A stretch of 64,000 nt of DNA from Amphiscolops sp. MND2022 (taxonomy: Eukaryota), in contig OZ076409.1 of NCBI GenBank assembly GCA_964187785.1, forward strand, positions 23,996,001-24,060,000, given 5' to 3'. Made by a program: the position numbers and the translations under genes. Every line of letters starts with the position of its first letter. Within the stretch, counting starts at the first letter, position 1. The notes beneath the pieces are model-generated. The model had not been told where the DNA came from, searched no databases, and worked only from the letters and a program-made list of their open reading frames with translations. Shown here piece after piece: positions 1-10,000 of this stretch.

Positions 1-278
1 GCTATAACTGCTGACGTTCCGGGTACTCCTAGCACGATAAAACGGTGGTACTTCTCAAGCTCCATCTTCCTCCCTGCTTGTCCGTATCCTTTTGTTTGTT
101 TAGTGTAAGCAATCTTCTTCGTAGGCTGGCTTACGTAGAGTAGCACAGCTTGCATCATAGATAATCGAGGCGTTGTCGGTGCCGGGCATAGTAAGTCTTC
201 AAGTGCAATTAATGCGAAGTTCACGAGTAGAGCTCGAGCTTGAGCGATCGTGAGAGAAGCTTTGAAAAAGCCAGGCAT
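1..278 (-). CDS. Partial ORF of unknown function running off the window (MPGFFKASLTIAQARALLVNF...YHRFIVLGVPGTSAVI)
   Basis: 92 open codons from the ATG at 278 to the window edge; absent from the ORF track because it has no stop in the window. Preceded by a TTTGCAG acceptor (CAG at 286-288). Same strand as the other element ORFs. Confidence 0.55.
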   Translation of the reverse strand, partial: MPGFFKASLTIAQARALLVNFALIALEDLLCPAPTTPRLSMMQAVLLYVSQPTKKIAYTKQTKGYGQAGRKMELEKYHRFIVLGVPGTSAVI

Positions 279-382
279 GCTTAATCTGCAAAAGCTATAC
301 AAAAGGTTAGACAATTGCAGGAAGGAATTTCCAGGACGACCGTTACAACTGTACACTATATACAAATACAGAATTAAAGACT

Positions 383-560
383 GATAAAACTAAGTTACTA
401 CTGGATTGAAGATAAATCTTTGATAAAGCTAATTTACTACTGGATTCAGAATAAATCTTTGATAAAGCTAATTTACTACTAGATTCAAGATAAATTTTTG
501 ATAAAGCTAATTTACTACTGGATTCGAGATAAATCATTTATAAAGCTAATTTGCTACTAA
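383..560. repeat. 39-bp minisatellite, ~4.5 copies
   Basis: GATAAAGCTAATTTACTACTGGATTCAGAATAAATCTTT-like units start at 383, 422, 461, 500 and 539. Confidence 0.92.
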
Positions 561-1358
561 AGGAAATGAATATTAAAAGCTAACTATCTTCAGCTCAACT
601 GTACAGATTCTAACTACTTGCAGGCAAACAGTATTTACATTAAGGTCCCTTCAGCTAAACAAAAGGAAAAGAATGAACAAGAAATTCCAATGAAATCTGA
701 TCGGATTTTTGATTATACTGGACTGAATTTTGACATTGATAACAAATATTAAAAACAAATACGATTGGATCTGAAATCGCAATTTAATAAAGTTATACGT
801 TGAATAAAAATTACAGACAATTTTAGAAAAATTCCAATTTTTGGAAAAATTTTTTTGAATGCGTAATTAGATTTCTGTCATTCTTTTCGTTTTGTTGAGC
901 TGAAAGGTTTAATTTTTTTGGTTTTTTTGTATTTTATATTTTTTTTGGTTTTTTAGGAGGGGTTTTAAATTTTTTTTTGCTTTTTCGGGGAACTTTTGTA
1001 ATTTTTTTGAGAATTTGTGTTTTCTGTTTCAACCACAAAGGCGCGCAAATTGTGAGACAGCTGCAGTAGAAGACGAAATGAGCGCAAGAAGTACACGAAG
1101 TAATGGCAAGCAGAACATCCCGAAATCAACTGACAGCTGGCAATCCTGTTTCCAGGCCAAATGTCCTCTTGTCGATCTCCGTGCTTCCACAGCCTGAAAA
1201 GAACCGTTCTAACAAGAATAAAGGAAACAAAAAAAACGACAAAGAGGACGGGGGGTCAGTTTAAGCCACTAAAGGGCTTAAACTGACAGAAAAGCGAAAA
1301 ATGGCAAAAAGAGCGAAAATGATTGAAATTGAGGTTGAAATGCATGAAGAAAGGCATT

Positions 1359-1979
1359 TTAGCCGTAAAATTTCACGATTTTTCCTATCGACATTTTCAG
1401 TGAGTCCGCGGTCTGATGTGCTGGATCAAAGGGCACGAAGGAGGAGTTTGACAAGTTCAAATCAAAATACTCGAAATTCTGTTTTATCATATCATTTATC
1501 TCTTTGTCTAGATTGCTTGAGAAGAGTCGCTCAGGGTCCCCTTTTTTTCTGTTTGTATTGTGAGGTAATTTGAAAGCATCTTCTTTTTTCCTGCGACATA
1601 GAACGACAACAAATCGACCGGGACAATTTCTCTGCATACGTAGTAACTTTCTTATAACAACGCGAGGGGTAAGAGGTAAACAATTCGGGGGTGCATGAGG
1701 CGGTAAAGTGAGGGAATTCATTATTGCATCGAAGTATATGACTAGAGTATGGGGTCTGAATTTCAAAGCATCTGTAAACAACTTCTCCAAATTCTTCTCG
1801 TTATTGGGGTGATTGAATCGAGCTCCTCCTTCGGCGAAATTTTTATAAACTATGTGATGTGGAACTTGGGGACAATGGGCCCGGATGTTGCAGGGCCCCT
1901 CGCAGTTGCAAGACTCCCACGGCTGCCTCTCAAAAGAGACGAGGTTGCTAGCTCCTACGAGGGCGACTCTTGAAACCAT
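1359..1979 (-). CDS. SGNH/GDSL-hydrolase-fold protein carried by the element
   Basis: Block I VALVGASN, block II AEGGA, block III DAIMNSL, block V DPAH. A splice-acceptor-like CTCTTCAG lies 9 nt upstream of the ATG. Confidence 0.75.
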   Translation of the reverse strand: MVSRVALVGASNLVSFERQPWESCNCEGPCNIRAHCPQVPHHIVYKNFAEGGARFNHPNNEKNLEKLFTDALKFRPHTLVIYFDAIMNSLTLPPHAPPNCLPLTPRVVIRKLLRMQRNCPGRFVVVLCRRKKEDAFKLPHNTNRKKGDPERLFSSNLDKEINDMIKQNFEYFDLNLSNSSFVPFDPAHQTADSLKMSIGKIVKFYG

Positions 1980-2254
1980 ACTTTCAACCTGAAGAGCAGG
2001 TACTGAATGAAGTTTCCATAATGTGATTCACAGATTTCGCTAACTTTAGGAGCCGATAGGCGGCAGAAATTAATGATCTATCTATATCCTATTCTAATCC
2101 TACAACCTTTCAAAAAACGTGAAGTACAAAAAACAATTGAGGTTTACTAGAATCATTTCCCAAATCTTCTTTTCGTGTTCTGGACCGTCTGCATCTTCTT
2201 TTCTTCTTTGTTTGATCGTTCTATTATATATGTTACTGAAATAGATATTAAATA

Positions 2255-2977
2255 ATCTCATCCGTTCTTCTTTTCTTCTTCATCTCGACGCAACTACTAT
2301 AAATATTACTATTATGAATATCAATTACTCTCATCTTCCGAATCTTCTTTCTTCTTCATCTGGACGCAACTACTATAAATATTACTATTATAGATATTAA
2401 TTATTCTCATCTTCCGAATCTTCTTTTCTTCTTCATCTGGACGCAACTACTATAAATATTACCATTATAAATATCAATTACTCTTATCTTCCGAATCTTC
2501 TTTCTTCTTCATCTGGACGCACCTACTATAAATATTACTATTATAAATATCAATTACTCTCATCTTCCGAATCTTCTTTCTTCTTCATCTGGACGCACCT
2601 ACTATAAATATTACTATTATAAATATCAATTACTCTCATCTTCCGAATCTTCTTTCTTCTTCATCTGGACGCACCTACTATAAATATTACTATTATAAAT
2701 ATCAATTACTCTCGTCTTTCGAATCTTCTTTCTTCTTCATCTGGACGCCACTACTATAAATATTACTATTATAGATACTATTTATTCTCTACTTCCGAAT
2801 CTTCTTTCTTCTTCATCTGGACGCACCTACTATAAATATTACTATTATAAATAAAAATTATTCTCATCTTCCGAATCTTCTTTCTTCTTCATCTGGACGC
2901 AACTACTATAAATATTACTACTATACATATTAATTATTCTCATCTTCCGAATCTTCTTTCTTCTTCATCTGGACGCT
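2255..2977. repeat. 76-bp minisatellite, ~9.5 copies
   Basis: CATCTGGACGC (first copy CATCTCGACGC) recurs at 2281, 2357, 2434, 2510, 2586, 2662, 2738, 2814, 2890 and 2966. Confidence 0.95.
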
Positions 2978-3421
2978 CTGGTATAAACACTAGTTTGAAT
3001 GTATCCAAAAACGTCTCAAAGCTCAACTCCACTCATTCTCACTACGTAAGGCAAAAGAATGGTTAAGTTTTATAAGAAAGTCAATTAAAGTCTGAGTCTT
3101 AGAGTTTTAGTCAAAAAGTCGAAGTCGAAAAAGTCAGTTTTGGGAAAGTCCGGTTTTGGTCTGAGAATTCGCATTTTAGAATTTCACGTTCTTTATTTAA
3201 TAAGAGTGTGTCAGCGTGGAAGGCACTAAGGGCTACACGTGCTGCTACACTGGTTAGAAGTGATTAGTCTTTTTTTCAATATGAAATGTGTATAAGCTTG
3301 GAAGGCTCAAAGGGGCTACACAAGCTCATACACTGTAAGTCTGTATTGTCGTCTCCTGCTGTTCTGCTCCTCGTGTCGTCTGCTTCTGCTCTCGGGGTGT
3401 TTCGTTGACTTTTTTTACAAA

Positions 3422-3958
3422 ACAAGTGACTGGAGGCACTCAGGTCTCCCAAGTCACTTGCAAACCAATACCAACACACTTTTTACATTTTAAGATGTTT
3501 CATTTTACATTTTAAAGACAAGTGACAGAAGGCACTCTGGTCTCCCATGCCACTTGCCAACACCTAACCTTTTTAAACGAAGTTTTACTTTAAGACAAGT
3601 GACAGAAGGCACTCTGGTCTCCCATGCCACTTGCCAACACCTAACCTTTTTAAACACAGTTTTACATTAAGACAAGTGACAGAAGGCACTCTGGTCTCCC
3701 ATGCCACTTGCCAACACCTAACCTGTTTAAACGAATTTTACATTAAGACAAGTGACAGAAGGCACTCTGGTCTCCCATGCCACTTGCCAACACCTAACCT
3801 GTTTAAACGAATTTTACATTAAGACAAGTGACAGAAGGCACTCTGGTCTCCCATGCCACTTGCCAACACCTAACTTTTTTAAACGCTGTTTTACATTAAG
3901 ACAAGTGACAGAAGGCACTCTGGTCTCCCATGCCACTTGCCAACCACTAACCTTTTAA
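3422..3958. repeat. 76-77-bp minisatellite, ~6 copies plus one degenerate copy
   Basis: GACAAGTGACAGAAGGCACTCTGG recurs at 3517, 3594, 3671, 3747, 3823 and 3900. Each unit has an internal inverted repeat CAAGTGACA/TGCCACTTG. Confidence 0.95.
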
Positions 3959-4046
3959 CCTGTTGCTTTACAATGACAACTTTAATGAGGCAGATGGCTC
4001 AAAAGGGCAACATACCTCGATGGTGAATTATCAAAAATTAAAAATT

Positions 4047-7000
4047 TTAGGTGGATCGAAATTCCCCGCACACGCAAAAATGCAAGCCGCAGTTTTTATC
4101 GTTTACAAGTTCTTGAATCAAAGCAAACATATCTTTCAAGGTTTTGAGACGATCGCGGCGTTCGAACATTTCATTGTGAATGGCGCTCTCAAAATCACGG
4201 CGCGAAAACATTGACGCAAAATTGCACACGAAACCAGCGACAGCCCAAGGCAAACGATGCGATGGCTTGGTAAAATTAGATCCGTTGCCGCTGTTGTGTT
4301 CCGACAGCCGTGTCAAAAGAGCGCGTTCTGTCTGTCCTACATAAAAACATTCAGGCGACGCCGGGTTAAGGCTTACTAAAAGATACACAAAACCGCCAGG
4401 TGTTCTAGGAATGTTTTTGTTGAATGGTACAAAAGCCATTTCCGAGATGTTAATTGACTGAACAATGCCACCTAATCGCGAGTTGGTTCTGATTTTGTCT
4501 AACAGACTGAAAAGACGTTCTTCGCGCAAATCTCTATTTTCAAAAATTGACTTGATCGCGCCTAACGTAGCTGGCTTATCTCCGACAAAAGTGAGGTTTT
4601 TCAACTGTTTCACTCGACTCACTATGACGAAGACCTGAGACGTCATCCACAACGCATAGCTACTGTCAGTTGCGGAAATGGACGTCGCCAGCTTGTCGAA
4701 CGTGTCACCCATGAGTTTGTGTGTTGTCATGGCCACATTGTTCATCAACGGTATCTGGATCCTTCTGACTGAGTTCTTCTTGAAGGACTGCACGAAACCG
4801 GTTTGCTTCGAAAGAGTCACTGAGCGCCAGTTCAGGTAGTCCTCGTGATCCAGCATCGCCTGAGTGATGTCAACGTCACCACCACTAGTGTCAGGGATGA
4901 AAACTGTGACCGAGTCACCGGTAGGGACCTCATGGACTACACCAACCTGTCCTTGAGACAACTGCTCACTTTCCATATTAACAGTGACCCTTACCAAAGC
5001 CTTTGAGTAAACAATGAGGTGCTTGGGCTCGTTCACTTTGTCGCTCAGGTGGTTACCTACTTGACGAGAGTCGGTCTGATTCCACACTGAGCTCTTGGAC
5101 AAACAGATTTCGTCAGTAGCCTCGAAGATCCTGAAAGCAGTTCCGGACTCGCGTACTCGCTGAATGTGGCTTTCGAATTCTTTTTGCTCAGCTTTCCGCT
5201 TTCCGAAAACACGCATGACACACGGGTCGTCCAGATCAGCCCAACTTTCCTTGAAAGTGCACTTTGCTTCCAGAATTGCCAGGATCTCGGCAACTGCAGG
5301 GGCATCGATGGGACGTCTCCACATGTGTCGAAGAACTGTTTGGCCTGCTTCATCTGTCATGCGAACGAAGTGCCCGAGAAAAAACAACGCGAAGTTGGTC
5401 AACAAAACAGGCGAGAGAAAGATGTCATTGCCTTCGATGGATGGCAGTTGCATTTGGTCACCGCTTGCAATCACCAGAACGCCACCGAAAGGCAAGGTGG
5501 TCTGTTTCAACTCCTGAAGCACAATGTCCATTGCAGACCACTGTTCGGCGCTGATCAAGCTGACTTCTTCCACGAACAGCACTTCCAGGGCCAGGAGGAG
5601 CATCTTCTTCTCATTCCTGTGATCCAGCTTGTTTAACGCTTGTTCAGCCATCTTGATCGGAGAGCCAGAGGATGAGGGTGGCAAGCAGAACAATTTGTGG
5701 ATGTGCTCACCACCGAAATGCATAGACCTCCTCGAAGCTAAACTTGTAACCAAACAAAACAAACCTTTCGAAAGCGCATACCCTAACGCCATTGTTAGTA
5801 CGTAAGTTTTACCTGTACCAGGAGGACCTAAAATCAACTGATGTCTGTTAAACCTGTGACCAGAAAACAAACTTTCGATGATTAAATTTTTCAGAGTTTC
5901 TAAAATTTGGGACTGCTCCTGCAAAGACTCAGCTGACTGGAAAACATTTGCAATGAGGTCAGCAGACCAGTTCGAAGGTGTTTCTTTGGTCACTGTTTCA
6001 AAATCGTTAGAAGATGGAAAATTTGGTAAATTTTTTTGCGTCAACGACTTAATGATGTTAACTTGTGACTGACGAAGCATCTTCTTGGCCTTTTCCTCTA
6101 GTGCTTCAGTCAAAGTGTCCATCGTCGTGATTGGCAAGCCTTCATTGTAGATGTCGTTGTCAATTAACATACCTTTGAAGGCAGATTTTGCAGCAAGAAG
6201 ATTAGAATCAAAAGACCTGGTACCACCTGGTAAGTACCTGAGCTGTTCTAACACGTACTTTTTCAAAATTTCATTAACATCGTTCTCGTCATATGTTTGC
6301 TTGTCAGGGACAATTCCTCCTTTTACATAAGCGTCTTTTAGCGTCGGAACGTCAAAAAGTTCTAATTCCGTTTCAAATTGCGCGTTGGAAAGTAGAAAAT
6401 GAATCAAAAAGTTAGCGGGATTTCGAGGGTAAACTTTAGAAAAAACAACTTCAGCAGGAGTGTTCGACAAATTGGGGTCCGCAGAAACAAAATTCGACCT
6501 ATTCGGGTGGGCTGCAACGTTGAGAACCTCTGAAACTACAAGTGAGGCATCAAGCAAGCTGTTATCAGATGGTCTTCGACTCAAACAATCTTGAACAAAA
6601 CATGAAAATTCAGTTACAGCACAAGGTCTTAATCGAATGGCGTAACTTTCACCATCAACCCATGTTGATTCCCTGACATCACTTTTCAGAAACCTAACAT
6701 TGACAGTCTCTCTTTTACCTGCCAATTTTTCACGCTTGAACCACCTGTAATACAGTTTAAGTGTGTTAACAAAAAGCAACTCTGGAGGCCTTAATGAGAA
6801 AACAGTGACCTTGTCGGTGCTAAAGGGCGTTTTATTAACACTTTCTAAAACGATTTTTTGTCCTCTGGTGAAAAGTCTATGCGATGGAAAATTCAGATGA
6901 TGTTGTCTGATTTCTGCTGGACCTTCATTCGCAACACCTGGTACATTACTCCTGGACTGAGTGTTGTTCTTCCTCTTCAAAATCACTCCGCCGCGGTTTT

Positions 7001-10000
7001 CTAATGCAACAGTTGGTACAGAAACAAAATCCAACGTTGTTATGACGGTCGGAAGTTGCAGCATCCACGAAACACATTCTGTACTGGCTATGGTGGTGGA
7101 ATCAATTAAACCCTGATTTTTTTCCTCAAGTTTTTGTCGAGCTAAAATTTTTCTGACACCTGCTAATTTTTTGTTTTCAGTTTTCAAAACTTTTACATCA
7201 AGTACATTGTGGGCATTGTCAGGATTTATGGCTACCTCAACGTGTTCCTCTTTACCGGCAGCGTAAGATGTTAAATACCTGGAAGCCACAGACTTGCATA
7301 CCTTCAAAACGTTTAGGCTTGACTTACAGATACTCCACAAAGCAACATTTAATGGTGACATGTGTTCTCCACTGGTGGCCGCGTACATGTACTTACCTGC
7401 CTTCAACGTCGACGTAACCTGTAAACAATCGTAGACGCCAGGCCTCGGCTCAGCCAATTGGATCTCTTGCAACGCTTCCAAGGCTTCTTCCGAATGCGGC
7501 TGATGGAATTCTTTATACCAGGGAACATGGCTTTGTGGGTATGGAGGAAAGCGACATTTTCTTTCCCCATTGAACCTAACCTTTTTCATACAATGACCTT
7601 TTTCGCAGTCATGGGTCTGAACACGGACACAGTCGTCGAACAACTTACCTGCTTGTTCAGCACTATCGACTGTTCCGAAGTTTGCATGAAACAACTTTTT
7701 AAATTCAGCTAGTACATGTTTTTGAGCACAAGCAATTTTATCTATCACATCTTCGTCAACATTTTTTAACCAGAACAGAATGTGGTAGTGTTGCAAATTA
7801 GCAGCAGCACTCTGAAACTCGGCCCTACCCCAAACTTTCAAAATTTCTCCTAAAATGTGTTCTTCTGAATACCTCAAATAATCTATAAGTAATTCAATTG
7901 TTCTGGTCCAGCATCTTACAATGATGACCATGTAAGCCTGGAGCACTTCTTTTAGTTCCGCAGTGGTGGCATTACCGTAAACTTCGTAAATTGCCTGAAC
8001 TACTTCAGCAACCCCTGGATGTTCTTTTTGGTTGCAAGTGAATGTTACAAAAAGGTCTGGTGTTTCAGACGCACAAGCAGTTCCTAGGCGATTTACATGA
8101 ACGTCGCTGTCGACGCTATCCATTTTAAGTACAGACTCAGTTGATGTTAGTTGGTGAGGTCTATACTTACCTATTGAAATTGTTTGCAATCCACGTTTGA
8201 ACAACTGGTTAGTATGACATTTTGTTAGAGATAAATTTAAAACACTGTCGAATGCATACATGATGTAAGCCAAGTTTGAGGAAGTTAATAATGTACTATC
8301 TTTTAGTCTTAGACGCATGTGTTCGTGAAGACCGTCAAAGTCAAACTTAGAATTAGCATTTCGGTCGTCATACAGAAAAAAGGGCAGCGCACCAGGAAAA
8401 GAACCATCTTCCAATTGTTTAAAGAAAATGCTGGGGAAAAGGCATGCTTCAGGCTGCAGGAGTGGTATCGATCGACCTGGCAGAGTAGAAATGAAATTCT
8501 GGAAAAATCGCTGAAATTTTTTACCTACATGTTTTGGATACCTTAGCCGTTTTAAAAGTTGGCACTCGCCATTTAGAAGTACATGCATTGGGACAAACTT
8601 AGAATCATTTGACAAGTACACGGGCTCACAGCCAGAGTCCGTGGCAAAAGCATCAGTTTCTTGGAACCCGGCATCAACTATTAATTGAGGGCAGTCAAAT
8701 TCATCCATGTTAGCCTCTGTATCATCAGTTCTTTGTGGTTGGTCCAGCACAAAGCTGGGCCCTGGCAGGTTGTCATCAGGCTGCTGTTCTGCTTCTTCGT
8801 TCAAAGTTGGCTCATCGTCACTGCTATCTTGGATGGCCTCATTTGAAGGCGTATTGTCGACCAAAACCTTATCGACGGTGTCAGAGTACTCGCGGAAATG
8901 AGTCTTACATACCGACGCAAAGCATTCTTTTTCGGGACAACGCCAAGCAGATTTTCTGGTACATATTTCATTTTCACTGTTGTTTTTCGGTACACTACAT
9001 TTTCTGTTAGATTTAAAGTAGTCAGTAGACAAGGGCAGGTTGTGTTCACGACAGAAAAAAATTCCCTGTCCTCCCATGTATTTTAGGTATCGTAGTTTTG
9101 TTTCCTCATTTAAATCAGTTTTTGAAACGTAAATTAAAAATTTCCATGTTCTGTTATATTGGAATTCTAAGGTTGGGTCTTTCTTAGCACGGCTTCCGTC
9201 ATTGATTAGAGTCCAAAAACTTAAAAAAGAATCGCCGTGCCTCAAACTTACTTTACCGTCTGCTGCAATCAAGTTTAATTGAAAATCTTTACCACTGGGT
9301 GATGTTAAATTGAAAGGAATCTGACGATCCCTGGCTGGAGCTTCAGTTGCAACGACAACAACCACATCATTTCGTGAACAATCAATTATGATATTTTCAA
9401 CAGATCCTCTTTGACAATGAACAACTTGACAACCTTCCAGCATTTCACATAAAGAGTTCAACGGTTCTACTTGAGATGGAAACAGTTCATTGAAGATCCT
9501 ATGTAAATTAGTCACTACTGAATTAATGGTGTTATGATATTTTAAGCTTCTGTTTCCCCTTAAACAATTCAAAAGTTTACAAAGTTCAGCCAGCAGATCT
9601 GTCTCTCCTGAACAACTACAGAGTTTAGACCACAATGAATCATTGTACAAGAGGGAATAAGAAAAAGTGAATAAACTCCAGTCCTGAGAGAAAAGTTTGG
9701 GAAAAGCAGACGGCTCAAAACCATAGTCGTCCAATTTATGCGCATAAACTAAAGGTTTCTTGAAATCATCGCGGAGTGTTACATCTTCTGGACAAGTTTC
9801 TACATAATCTTTCATGCCCATTAATGATCTCATATTGAAGACTACAGCGTTTTTACAATGTTCTTCTATGAGTGAAAACGAAAGTGGAGACTCAAAAGAT
9901 AAAAATTCCTCAGCTAAACGTGCACTGATTTCTTGATTTTGGCAACATGTCCTAATGACTTCCTTAACATCACTCCTACAATTAATCATAAGTCTTTCAA

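Noticed and set aside
343..537. 64-aa repetitive ORF, and similar ORFs at 3631-3958
   Set aside because: These are translation artefacts of minisatellites.
2255..2977. Repeated micro-exon/micro-intron gene on the minus strand (GTAATT...TATAG within each unit)
   Set aside because: The candidate exons (41 or 44 nt) do not keep frame, and several units lack the GT.
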